Source: Chloroflexota bacterium (GTDB lineage: Bacteria; Chloroflexota; Chloroflexia; Thermomicrobiales; UBA6265). From it: 64,000 nt of DNA. This document shows positions 36,906-46,098 of the stretch, one piece after another. The notes under the pieces are model-generated. The model did not search any database. It had not been told where the DNA came from and was given only the letters and a program-made list of their open reading frames with translations. Position 1 is the first letter of the stretch; every line of letters starts with the position of its first letter. The position numbers and the translations under genes are program-made. The DNA lies in the NCBI GenBank assembly GCA_023423795.1, contig JAFAEX010000309.1:3177-67176 (forward strand), written 5' to 3'.

Positions 36906-37600
36906 CCGCGAAATGTCCGGCCACAGAACAACGGTCGCGCCGCCGGGGCGGCGCGCAAAACGGATATCCCGACGTGGTGGAGATGGGCCGGTTCTCGGTG
37001 GCGCGGTGGATCGGCATGAGCCGTCCGCGGCATGGCGACCGTGTGCTACATCGGCAGGACGAGCACGATGACCGCCACGAACAGCATGAACACCGCAAGG
37101 CTGAGCACCATGGGCGTCCCTCGCAACTCTCGTACAAAGGCCGACGCCCCGGGTGAGGCCGGGGCGCCGCGGGATGGGTGGCCCGGGACCGGGCCGAATC
37201 GCTGACCGGGAGGGAAGGGGAACCGATCTGCGATACGTCTACTGTACCCGCGGTGACGGCCCGACACCGGCACCAACGGCGCCCGCCGACGGTACGTTGG
37301 TGCCGAGGTGCCGCAATCGTTGGCGACCGCCCGGCTGGTTCTGGCGCGATCGCCCGGTTCGGGGCCAGATTCGCACCCAAAGCAACCGGCTGACGATCGG
37401 TTCGGGCGGAGCCGCCGATGGCGAATCACCGCTACCCGTGTATCCGCGCCGAGCCGGCGGACCGCCCGCGCTGCCGGCTGATGTCCCGCGTGTCACATGT
37501 CCGCTGCCCGGGTAGCAGGAGATCGATCGCAGGCTCAGGTGATCTGGCCGGCCCGAGACCCGGTGGGTCAACCAGCCCGTTCGGCCAACGGCCGAGCCGC

Positions 37601-37996
37601 CTATTCCGACGCGGTCGCCACCGGGTCTCCGACCATGCGCTTGATGGCGTCGATCAGTTCCGCCGGGCGGTACGGCTTGGTCAGGACGTCGTCGCACCCC
37701 GCCTCGATCGCCTTCTCGCGATCCCCGCGCATGGCGTGGGCGGTGAGGGCGATGATCCGTACCGACGCGTTGGCCGGGTTGGAGCGCACGCGACGGGTCG
37801 CTTCCCAGCCGTCCATTCCCGGCATCGAGAGGTCCATCAGGATGAGGTCCGGGGACCGCGCCGCCACCTTGTCGAGCGCGTCCTGCCCATCGACGGCGAT
37901 GTCGTGCGGGTAGCCGCAGGTGGTCAGGATGCGCGAGGCGAGACCGCGGTTCGCGGGGTCGTCCTCCACCAGCAGGACGAACGGGCTGTCGGCCAT
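37601..37996 (-). CDS. single-domain response regulator (CheY-like receiver)
   Basis: FVLLVEDDPANR...DLILMDLSMPGMDG...ALTAHAM...KPY. GAGGAG RBS before MADSP. Confidence 0.85.
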   Translation of the reverse strand: MADSPFVLLVEDDPANRGLASRILTTCGYPHDIAVDGQDALDKVAARSPDLILMDLSMPGMDGWEATRRVRSNPANASVRIIALTAHAMRGDREKAIEAGCDDVLTKPYRPAELIDAIKRMVGDPVATASE

Positions 37997-38120
37997 ATGG
38001 GGACTCCTCGCGATCTCAGGCTTGCCCCCTGGCGCGGCACGTGTTCCGATCGAGGGGGTTCGGGCGTCAAGCAAGTGTACAGGATGGGTCGCGCTGCTTC
38101 TCGATGCGCAACGCTGGCTG

Positions 38121-39455
38121 CTACTCGTCGAACCGGCCGAGGATCAGGCAGGCATTCTGGCCGCCGAGCCCGAACGAGTGCTTGCTGACGACGGAAACTT
38201 CCGCCGTGCGCGGTTCGTCGTGGACGATGTCAAGCCCGACCGCCGGATCGGGCGTCCGGTAATTGCGCGTCGGCGGGATCGTCTGCGTTTCGATCGTCTT
38301 CACCGCGGCGACGGTCTCGATCGCGCCGGACGCGCCCATGCAGTGCCCGACCGCGCCCTTGATCGACGTCACGGGGATGGTTGCCGCGCGCTCGCCGAAC
38401 ACGAGCCGGATCGCGTTGGCCTCGGCGGCGTCGCCGGCCGGGGTCGAAGCGGCGTGCGCGTTGATGTGATCCACCGCGCCGGCTTCCAGCCCGGCGTCGG
38501 CCAGCGCGGCCCGGATCGCGCGGGCCGCGCCGGTGCCTTCGGGAATCGGCGCGATCGGGTGGTAAGCGTCGTTCGAGACACCGAACCCGAGGACTTCGGC
38601 GAGGATCGTCGCGCCCCGTGCCCGCGCATGCTCCAGAGATTCGAGGACGACCGCGGCCGCGCCTTCCCCGAGCACGAACCCGGCGCGGCTGGCGTCGAAC
38701 GGACGGCTCGCCGCGCCAGGGTCGTCGTTGCTGTCGGTCGGCAATGCCCGCATCGCCGCGAATCCGGCGATGAACATCGGGTGCTGGGTCGATTCAACGG
38801 CGCCGGCGACCATCACCGGTGCCCGCCCTTCGCGCACCTCGCGGAACGCCTCGCCGATCGTCTGCGCGCCGGTGGCGCAGGCCGTTACCACGGTGACGCT
38901 CGGCCCGCCCATGCCCCAGCGCGCCTGGATGTTGTAGGCGGCGAGGTTGTGGGGGAACATCACGTGGAGGTGGGGCGCGATCCGGCCCTCACCTTTCTCC
39001 TTGAAGTTGTCCCAGGCGGCGAGGAAATCGTCGTGGGTGCCGCCGACGCAGGTGCCGATCACGGCGCCGGCATCAGACAGGTCCTCGGTCGGGTTCAGGT
39101 CGTCGTCGATCAACCCGGCCTGCAGCAGGGCGTCGGCGCTCGCCTCGATCACCATGTGGGTGAAGCGGGAGGCGTTGCGCGCGACCTTGCCGGTCAACAC
39201 CCGCTTCGGGATGCGCGCCGAATCGACGTCGCCGCGGACGAGGCAGGCGTGGGCGTCTGCGTCGAGGTTATCGGCCCGCCGGATTCCCGTCTCGCCGGCG
39301 AGGATGCGTGACCACGTTTCATCGACCGTCGGGCCGAGCGACGTGATTGCGCCCATGCCGGTGACGACGACCCGGTGTCGCACCGCCGGTGGACGGAAGT
39401 TGGAGGAGGACGGATCGGCGGGGTTGGCGGGCATTTGCGACATATCCCTTGGCAT
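38121..39455 (-). CDS. fabF: beta-ketoacyl-ACP synthase II
   Basis: VVTGMG...TACATGAQ (active-site Cys)...NAHAASTPAGD...GHCMGASG...SFGLGGQNA. The start may be one of three close ATGs (39455, 39443, 39434). Confidence 0.85.
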   Translation of the reverse strand: MPRDMSQMPANPADPSSSNFRPPAVRHRVVVTGMGAITSLGPTVDETWSRILAGETGIRRADNLDADAHACLVRGDVDSARIPKRVLTGKVARNASRFTHMVIEASADALLQAGLIDDDLNPTEDLSDAGAVIGTCVGGTHDDFLAAWDNFKEKGEGRIAPHLHVMFPHNLAAYNIQARWGMGGPSVTVVTACATGAQTIGEAFREVREGRAPVMVAGAVESTQHPMFIAGFAAMRALPTDSNDDPGAASRPFDASRAGFVLGEGAAAVVLESLEHARARGATILAEVLGFGVSNDAYHPIAPIPEGTGAARAIRAALADAGLEAGAVDHINAHAASTPAGDAAEANAIRLVFGERAATIPVTSIKGAVGHCMGASGAIETVAAVKTIETQTIPPTRNYRTPDPAVGLDIVHDEPRTAEVSVVSKHSFGLGGQNACLILGRFDE

Positions 39456-39479
39456 CGATCCTAAGTACGAAACCGCAAC

Positions 39480-39509
39480 GGCCCGCCGGATGGCAGGCTC
39501 CGGCGGGCC
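39480..39509 (-). terminator. hairpin after the pfkB-like gene
   Basis: Perfect 11-bp stem GGCCCGCCGGA / TCCGGCGGGCC with an 8-nt loop. On the minus strand it is followed by GTTGCGGTTTCG. Confidence 0.5.
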
Positions 39510-39549
39510 AGTATAGCGGGGAAGGGGATCTCCCCCGGATAACGGCCGC

Positions 39550-40515
39550 TCAGTCGGACAACGGCAGCGGCGTTGCCTCGTTCATGAACCGGATCGTGTC
39601 GTCGAGATCGACGATGCCGGCATCCGAGCCGAGCCCGGTGATGACGAGCGCGCCGCACGCGCCGCCGAGCCGCCCGCACCGTTCGAGATCCCAGCCGGCG
39701 AGCAGGCCGACGATGAAGCCGGCGCAGTAGGAGTCGCCGCACCCGGTCGAATCGACCACCGTCGTCTCGTAGGCGGGCAGGCGGATCTCGTGGATCTCGC
39801 CGCCGTCGTTCAACCAGGCGATGGAGCTTCCCTCGGACCCCATCTTGAAGGCGGTGTGTTTCGCGCCGCGCTCCAGGAAAAAGCGGATCACCTCGCGCCG
39901 GTCGTCGAGCCCGCAGATCATCCGGGCTTCTTCCAGCCCGGGCATGAAGTAATCGACCCACGGCAGCGCCGGTTCGAGCATCTCCAGCAGGTCTGGCCGG
40001 TCGATGGCGATCATGTCCAGCGAGGTGGAGAGGCCGTGTTCCTTCGCGAACTGGAGCACGCGGGCGGTCGGCTCGCCGTCCATTTTCGGCATCAGGTAGG
40101 TGCCGCCGAAGTGGAGGTGCTTCGCCGCGGCCAGTTTGTCCCAGTCGATGTCGTCCAGCGTCAGTTCGGCGTTTGCGCCGAGCACGTGCAGGGCCGGACG
40201 CTCGCCGTTCGGCCGGATCGGCAGCATCGTCGCCGAGGTCTGCACGCCGTGCTTGCGGACTAGCCCGCTCGTGTCGATGCCGAAGCGGTTCATCGTATCG
40301 ACGATGAAGTTGCCCGCCGCATCCTCGCCGATCGCGCCCATCGCCAGCACCGACGCGCCCAATTTGGCGAGATCGACGCTCGTGCCGGCCGCGGTGCCGG
40401 CGACGGTCAACCGGATCTCCTCGATCAGATCGACGTCCTGGCGCGGCGGGATGCGGTTCACCGGGCGGCCGAGCACGTCGAGGATGTGGATGCCGAGGGA
40501 AACGACGTCGGGCAT
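39550..40515 (-). CDS. PfkB-family carbohydrate kinase
   Basis: GAIGEDAAG... and C-terminal VVDSTGCGDSYCAGFIVG (PfkB signature 2). GGAGCAAGGC RBS before MPDVV. Confidence 0.85.
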   Translation of the reverse strand: MPDVVSLGIHILDVLGRPVNRIPPRQDVDLIEEIRLTVAGTAAGTSVDLAKLGASVLAMGAIGEDAAGNFIVDTMNRFGIDTSGLVRKHGVQTSATMLPIRPNGERPALHVLGANAELTLDDIDWDKLAAAKHLHFGGTYLMPKMDGEPTARVLQFAKEHGLSTSLDMIAIDRPDLLEMLEPALPWVDYFMPGLEEARMICGLDDRREVIRFFLERGAKHTAFKMGSEGSSIAWLNDGGEIHEIRLPAYETTVVDSTGCGDSYCAGFIVGLLAGWDLERCGRLGGACGALVITGLGSDAGIVDLDDTIRFMNEATPLPLSD

Positions 40516-40598
40516 GCCTTGCTCCGTGGCGGCCGGCTGCGGGCGCGGCCACATGCGCGGCCGGTTCGCCGCGGCGAATGAACGAGGGGAGGGGAGGA

Positions 40599-41384
40599 TC
40601 AGCCGCCGAACCGGGCGGCGACGGCGGCGTCGAGCGTGGCGCGGTAGCCCTCGACCGTCCAGGCGGCACGCCCGACGAAGAGACCGTCGATGCCCGGCAC
40701 GCCAACGAAGGCGCCGGCGTTTTGCGGGTTCACGCTGCCGCCGTACAGGACCGGAACGTCCGCTGCGGCGTCCCCGAAAAGTGACCCGAGCGCGGAACGG
40801 ATCACGCCCGCGATCGGCTCGACATCGTCAGGGCTGGCCGGGGCGCCGCCCGCGCCGATCGACCAAACCGGCTCGTAGGCGATGACCAACCGTGCGACGG
40901 ATGGCTCCGGCAGCCCGTGCAGCCCGATCTTGAGCTGCCGGGCCACCGTTTCCGGCCCGACGCCGAACTCACGCTCCGCCGCGGTCTCGCCCACGCAGAG
41001 CAGGACGCGCAGTCCGGCGTCCATTGCGGCGAGCACCTTCTTGTTCAGGTTCGTGTCGGTTTCGTGGAAGTGCTCCCGTCGCTCGGCGTGGCCGAGCAGG
41101 ACGAGATCGACGCCGAGCGCCGTGAGCATCCTCGCCGAGATTTCGCCGGTGTATGCCCCGTCGGGCGCCCAGTGCATGTTCTGGGCGCCGATCCAGATGC
41201 CGGCGTCGTCCGCTGCCGCCAGCGTCGTTACGGCCGCCAGCGAGGTAAACGGCGGTATCATGAACCGCTGCACGCCGTCCGGCGGCGGCGGCGAGGCGGC
41301 GAGCGCCCGGTAGAAGGTCGCCGATTCCTCCGGCGTCTGGTTCATCTTGAAGTTGGTGCCGAACAGTAGCGGGCGGGGCGACAC
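40599..41384 (-). CDS. tpiA: triose-phosphate isomerase family protein (operon-embedded paralog)
   Basis: GTNFKMN...YTGEIS...GHAERR...AYEPVWSIG...YGGSV are TIM hallmarks. Confidence 0.8.
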   Translation of the reverse strand: MSPRPLLFGTNFKMNQTPEESATFYRALAASPPPPDGVQRFMIPPFTSLAAVTTLAAADDAGIWIGAQNMHWAPDGAYTGEISARMLTALGVDLVLLGHAERREHFHETDTNLNKKVLAAMDAGLRVLLCVGETAAEREFGVGPETVARQLKIGLHGLPEPSVARLVIAYEPVWSIGAGGAPASPDDVEPIAGVIRSALGSLFGDAAADVPVLYGGSVNPQNAGAFVGVPGIDGLFVGRAAWTVEGYRATLDAAVAARFGG

Positions 41385-41437
41385 GTCGGTCCTGTCCTCC
41401 GGGAGAATTCGCGGCGGTTACCGGCCCATTGTCGCCC

Positions 41438-42571
41438 TTACGCGGCGGCGCCGGCCAACGCGACGCGCGCGGCCGGGAACGCCGCCGCCAGACGCTCGCC
41501 TCCGGCGGAGAAGACGGCGACCCGGTCGAGCGGCAACCGGACCCGCACGTCGCCGCGGTCGGGCAAGGCGCCGCCGGCGTCGTGCGCCACCTTGGCCCGG
41601 AACGGCTCGTCGGAACCAGGCAGCGCCAGCGTCAGCAGGTACTGGCCGCCGATCTGGATCGATTTGCGCAGCAGCGTCGCCGGGATCGACCCCGGTTCGG
41701 CATCCACCGACACGAGGATCTGCTCCGGCCGGATGCCGATCGTCACCGGCCCTGCCGACAGTCCGTACCCTTCGATCGCGGTGGGCGCGGGCAGCATTGG
41801 CGAGACGAGGGTGAGGAATCCGCCCGCGCCGTGCAACTCGGCGTCGAAGAAGGCCATCCCCGGGTTGCCGAGGAACCAGCCGGCGAACTGGTCGGCCGGG
41901 TTGTTGTACAGCGTCCGCGGCGCGTCGCACTGCACGATGCGGCCGTCGCGCATCAGCGCGATCTGGTCGGCCAGCGTCATCGCCTCGGTCTGGTCGTGGG
42001 TGACGTAGACGATGGTCTGGCTGAGCCGGCGGGTGAGTTCCTTGAACGCCCGTTTCAATTGCAGTTTGGCGGTGGCGTCCACGTTCGTGATCGGCTCGTC
42101 GAACAGGATGATGCGCGGCTGGCGGGCCACTTCGCGGGCGACCGAGACCTTTTGCCGCGTCCCGTTGTCGAGGCGGGAAACGTCCTTGTTGGCGGCCTCC
42201 TGCAACCCGAGCAACTCGATGACTTCGTTCACGCGCCGCTTCCGCTCGAAGGCCGACAGCCGTTCGGATTTCAGCGGCAACTCGATGTTCTGGGCAACCG
42301 TGATGCCCTTGTAGACCACCGGGTACTGGAACACCATCCCGATCTCGCGCTTGCTCGGCGCGAGGTCGGTGACGCGGCGCTCGCCGAAATAGACATCGCC
42401 GGCGGTCGGCTTCTCCAGCCCGGCGATGATCCGCATCAGCGTGGTCTTGCCGCAGCCGGACGGCCCGAGCAGGCAGGTGACCGAGGATTCCGGGAACGCG
42501 AACGTCACGTCATCGACGGCGTGCAGCGAGCCGAAGGTCTTGCGCAGGTTCTCGACGCGGATGTCGGCCAT
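41438..42571 (-). CDS. ABC transporter ATP-binding protein (MalK/UgpC-like) with degenerate signature motif
   Basis: Walker A GPSGCGKTT, Q-loop MVFQ, Walker B ILFDEP, H-loop VTHD. The signature position reads LDNGTRQK instead of LSGGQ. Confidence 0.85.
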   Translation of the reverse strand: MADIRVENLRKTFGSLHAVDDVTFAFPESSVTCLLGPSGCGKTTLMRIIAGLEKPTAGDVYFGERRVTDLAPSKREIGMVFQYPVVYKGITVAQNIELPLKSERLSAFERKRRVNEVIELLGLQEAANKDVSRLDNGTRQKVSVAREVARQPRIILFDEPITNVDATAKLQLKRAFKELTRRLSQTIVYVTHDQTEAMTLADQIALMRDGRIVQCDAPRTLYNNPADQFAGWFLGNPGMAFFDAELHGAGGFLTLVSPMLPAPTAIEGYGLSAGPVTIGIRPEQILVSVDAEPGSIPATLLRKSIQIGGQYLLTLALPGSDEPFRAKVAHDAGGALPDRGDVRVRLPLDRVAVFSAGGERLAAAFPAARVALAGAAA

Positions 42572-43704
42572 CAGGCGTTCTCCGTGGCGCGGCCGCCGCC
42601 GATGCGTTCGCCGGTGCCCGGGTGGAAGAGGGCGAGGTCGGCCGGGTCGATCGTCACCTGCGCCGCGCCGAGGTCACCCGGCGGCAGTTCGTGGCGATCC
42701 ACCGCGGTCAGCGTCAGCCCGTTCGCTTCGCAGTAGACGATCTCTTCGCCGCCGAGGTCCTCGCGCAGCACGATCGCCGCCGGCAGCGAAACGCCGCCGC
42801 CGTGCGGAGCATGACCGTTGCCGTCCGGCCCGATTGACACCCGCAGGTGCTCCGGCCGGATGCCGACCCGGACCGGGCCATCGGCGGCATGGGTGGCCGC
42901 GACCGGCACGTCGAACAACTCGGTCACGCAGTGGGTCTCGCCGTCGCGCCGCTCCAGCCGGCCGGAGAGGAAGTTGGCGGGCGGGAACCCGACCAGCGCC
43001 ATCGTCCGCGCCCGGGTGGGACGGTCGTAGAGTTCGGACGGCGAGCCGGATTCGACGATCGCGCCGCCGTCGAGCACCGCCATCGCGTCGCCGAGGGTCA
43101 TCCCCTCGACGATGTCCGAGGTCGTGTAGATGAAAGTCGCCCGCGTCTCCGCCTGCAATTGCCGCAGGTCGTCCACCAGTTGCTCGCGCAGCTTGAAGTC
43201 CAACCCGGCCAGCGGGTCGTCGAGGACGAAGACGTCGGTCTGCTTGGCGATGCCGCGGGCGATGGCGACGCGCTGCTTCTGGCCGCCGGAAAGCTGGTCC
43301 GGCCGCTTCGGCAGGTGCTCGGTGATGTGCAGCATCTCTGCCGCCGTGCGCACGATCGGCTCGGCGTCGGCGCCGCGCACGCCCATCAGGGTGAGCGGGT
43401 AGGCGATGTTGTCGTGCACGCTCAGGTGCGGATAGAGCGCGAACGACTGCGGCACGTAGCCGATGTTGCGGTCGGCCGCCGGGACGCGCGTCACGTCCCG
43501 CCCGCGCAGCACGACCGAACCGGCGTCGGGTTTCTCCAGCCCCATCAGGATGCGCATCAGCACCGACTTGCCGGCGGCGGGCAGGCCGTAGATCACGGTG
43601 AACTCGCCCGGCGCGATGCGCAGGTTCACGCCGCGCAGGACCGGCGTCCGGCCGTAGGACTTGGCGATGCCGGAAAAGGCGAGGATCGGTTCGCGAGCGG
43701 TCAC
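42571..43704 (-). CDS. ABC transporter ATP-binding protein (MalK/UgpC-like) with degenerate catalytic residues
   Basis: Walker A GLPAAGKS and an intact LSGGQKQR signature. Walker B reads VLDDP (Glu to Asp) and the H-loop position reads TTSD (His to Ser). Confidence 0.85.
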   Translation of the reverse strand: MTAREPILAFSGIAKSYGRTPVLRGVNLRIAPGEFTVIYGLPAAGKSVLMRILMGLEKPDAGSVVLRGRDVTRVPAADRNIGYVPQSFALYPHLSVHDNIAYPLTLMGVRGADAEPIVRTAAEMLHITEHLPKRPDQLSGGQKQRVAIARGIAKQTDVFVLDDPLAGLDFKLREQLVDDLRQLQAETRATFIYTTSDIVEGMTLGDAMAVLDGGAIVESGSPSELYDRPTRARTMALVGFPPANFLSGRLERRDGETHCVTELFDVPVAATHAADGPVRVGIRPEHLRVSIGPDGNGHAPHGGGVSLPAAIVLREDLGGEEIVYCEANGLTLTAVDRHELPPGDLGAAQVTIDPADLALFHPGTGERIGGGRATENA

Positions 43705-43706
43705 GG

Positions 43707-44108
43707 TCAGCGTCCCTGCCGGCCCAGGCCGATGAGGCTGGGCGCGAGCCAGATCGAAAAAGCGAACAGCGCGGCCACGAGACCCCAGGTCAGTGCCAGC
43801 AGCAGCAGCGATGTCTTCGCGTTCGACTTCGGCGGGATGTTGCCGAACGCGATCTGGAGGAACGCGGCGACGACCACCAGCGGCAGGCCGATCTGGAAGA
43901 GCACCTTGTTCGCCTGCTGGGCGATCAGGACGAGGCCGAGCACGAGAACAAGAATGACGATGCCCTGGACGCGCGCCGCGAACGGCATCGCCGGCGGCGA
44001 TCCCGTCGCCGGGCCGTGCTCCGGGACCAGCGTCCCGCCGACGTCGAGCATCCGCCCGTCGTCGGTCGCGACCTCGAGGATGGGATCGACGGTATCGACG
44101 TTCCTCAC
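43707..44108 (-). CDS. small integral membrane protein in the position of DUF2160 in glycerol-type ABC operons
   Basis: The tail of a 409-aa track ORF, with three hydrophobic helices (IVILVLVLGLVLI, LPLVVVAAFLQIAF, LLLLALTWGLVAALFAFSIWL). The GTG at 44108 is 2 nt after the permease stop. The ATG at 43988 (93 aa) is an alternative start. Confidence 0.5.
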   Translation of the reverse strand: MRNVDTVDPILEVATDDGRMLDVGGTLVPEHGPATGSPPAMPFAARVQGIVILVLVLGLVLIAQQANKVLFQIGLPLVVVAAFLQIAFGNIPPKSNAKTSLLLLALTWGLVAALFAFSIWLAPSLIGLGRQGR

Positions 44109-44110
44109 CG

Positions 44111-45028
44111 CTACACCTCGCCGCGGACGGTGCCGAAGGTCATGCCGACCAGCAGGTACTTCTGGAAGGCGTAGATCATCAGGATCGGCGGCAGCACGTA
44201 GATGAGCGACAGCGACGCGATGAAGCTCCAGTCGGTCGCACCGCCCTGCTTGACGCCGGTCGCGAAGATGTAGGGGATCATCGTCGTCGTCTGGCCGCCG
44301 AGGATGTAATTGAAGATGAACTCGTTCCAGACGAAGATCAGGTTGAAGATCGCGGCGGCGACCAGCCCCGGCTTTACCTGCGGGAGCACCACGCCGAAGA
44401 TGACGTGCATTCGCGACCCGCCGTTGACCAGCGCCGTCTCGTCGTAGCGCAGCGACACCCCGTCGAGGAACCCCTTCAGGATCCAGAGCGAGAAAGGGAT
44501 GCAGAACATCACGTAGAACAGCAGCATGCCGTGGAAGGTGCCGGTCCAGCCCAGCGCGCCGTACATCATGAACAGCGGCACCAGCACCGCCGGCGCCGGC
44601 ACCATGCGGACCGACAACAGCAGGAACATCAGGAAGTTCGTGCCCGTTGGCTTGAAGCGCGAGAACGAGTAGGCGGCGAGGAACGCCACGAGGATCGCGA
44701 TCACCACCGAGCCGATGGACATGATGAAGCTCATCGAGAGCCGCAGCCAGAAGTTCGGCGCGTCGAACACCCGCCCGATGTTGTCGAACGTCGGCGTGAA
44801 GAAGAACCGGAACTGCGGCGACACCAGGTCGCCGGTCGATTTGAACGCCGCCAGAAAGATCCAGAGCACCGGCGCGAAGAACAGCAGCGCCACCGCCCAA
44901 AGGACGATGTGGTACAGCGTCCGCCGCCAGTTCCATCGCGCCCGCGGCGCAGTGGCGACGCTCGCGGCCGTTTCCTGCGTGGCACGGCCGGTCATCGTGG
45001 CCGGGGCCGGGATCGAGGATGCGCTCAT
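44111..45028 (-). CDS. carbohydrate ABC transporter permease (MalG-like)
   Basis: 6-TM BPD_transp_1 protein with EAA-like loop LDGVSLRYDETALVNGGSRMHVIFGVVLP. Confidence 0.85.
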   Translation of the reverse strand: MSASSIPAPATMTGRATQETAASVATAPRARWNWRRTLYHIVLWAVALLFFAPVLWIFLAAFKSTGDLVSPQFRFFFTPTFDNIGRVFDAPNFWLRLSMSFIMSIGSVVIAILVAFLAAYSFSRFKPTGTNFLMFLLLSVRMVPAPAVLVPLFMMYGALGWTGTFHGMLLFYVMFCIPFSLWILKGFLDGVSLRYDETALVNGGSRMHVIFGVVLPQVKPGLVAAAIFNLIFVWNEFIFNYILGGQTTTMIPYIFATGVKQGGATDWSFIASLSLIYVLPPILMIYAFQKYLLVGMTFGTVRGEV

Positions 45029-45996
45029 TGCAGGGCCGCCTTCAGCTCGCGGTAGTTCAGGACGTAGAGGTAGACCGACGTGAAGGCGATGGCGATCAGC
45101 AGCGTGATCACCGCGATCGCCGAAGCGTCGCCCATCTGGAACGCGTCAAAGCCGGTCCGGTATAGCTTGATGCCGAGGAGTTCGGTGATCGTGCCGGGTC
45201 CGCCCGCCGTCATCAGGAAGGGCAGGTCGGTCGTCTTGAACGCATCGATCGTGCGCAGCAGGATGCCCAGCATCAGGATGAATTTGCCGTGGGGGAGGAC
45301 CACGTGCCAGAGGCGCTTGAGCCACGGCAGGCGGTCGATTTCGGCGGCCTCCAGTTCGGCTTTGGGAACCGAGCCGAGGGCGGCCAGCGTCATCAGGATC
45401 ATGAACGGGGTCCACATCCAGACATCTACGGCAACGGTGGCCCCGAACGCGAGGTTCTTGTCCCCGAGAAAATCGAACCGGCGTCCGATGACGGCATCGG
45501 TGAAGTGGTTGAGGACGCCGAAGGTCGGTTCGTAGATCAGCCGGTAGAACGTGCCGACCGCGACCGGCGGCAGGACCATCGGGGTGAAAAGCAGCGTCAG
45601 CGCCACCCGGCGGCCGGGCATCGAGGCGCTGCCCCAGAACAGCAGGCCGAGCAGGACGCCCAGCAGCGTGGCCAGCCCGACCGAGCACACCATGAAGGTG
45701 AGCGTCCGGCTGAGCAGGCCCCAGAACGAGGCCGAGTTCCAGAGGTCGATGAAGTTTTCGAACCCGACGAACCCCGGCGGCCGGGCCGCCGTCATCTTCC
45801 ACTGGTAGAACGAAACGCCGAGCAGCCAGAGCAGCGGCACCACGTTCCAGACCAGGAAGAAGATCAGGATCGGCGTCAGGAGCAGCGTCGGGAACGCGCG
45901 GCTACCCTCGATCGCGCGCAAGCCGGCGAACCGCCCGTGCGGCGGCGCCGCGCCCTGCGGGATCGAGGCTTCGAGTTGCGTGCCGAGTTGGGCCAT
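45025..45996 (-). CDS. carbohydrate ABC transporter permease (MalF-like)
   Basis: EAA loop LGSVPKAELEAAEIDRLPWLKRLWHVVLP. Start trimmed to MAQLGT with a GGAG RBS. Confidence 0.85.
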   Translation of the reverse strand: MAQLGTQLEASIPQGAAPPHGRFAGLRAIEGSRAFPTLLLTPILIFFLVWNVVPLLWLLGVSFYQWKMTAARPPGFVGFENFIDLWNSASFWGLLSRTLTFMVCSVGLATLLGVLLGLLFWGSASMPGRRVALTLLFTPMVLPPVAVGTFYRLIYEPTFGVLNHFTDAVIGRRFDFLGDKNLAFGATVAVDVWMWTPFMILMTLAALGSVPKAELEAAEIDRLPWLKRLWHVVLPHGKFILMLGILLRTIDAFKTTDLPFLMTAGGPGTITELLGIKLYRTGFDAFQMGDASAIAVITLLIAIAFTSVYLYVLNYRELKAALQ

Positions 45997-46098
45997 GGCT
46001 GCTCCAGGAACGACTGGGGACCCGAGGATTGGGCGAAGTGGCGCCGGGAACGGCCGCGACGGACCGTCCACCGGCGCCACTTCAGGCGCCCGGTTGCG

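Noticed and set aside
37268-37304. Perfect 10-bp hairpin GGCACCAACG...CGTTGGTGCC considered as part of a tRNA or a terminator.
   Set aside because: No cloverleaf can be drawn around it, and there is no U tract or adjacent gene end. It is mentioned only as structure within the non-coding stretch.
36906-37600. Search for menC (o-succinylbenzoate synthase) directly after menE.
   Set aside because: No ORF with enolase-superfamily features exists on either strand. Only low-complexity frames are present.
43707-44936. 409-aa track ORF overlapping the MalG-like permease.
   Set aside because: The upstream ~275 aa are an out-of-frame shadow of the permease gene. Only the last 93-133 aa, downstream of the permease stop, look like a real small membrane protein.
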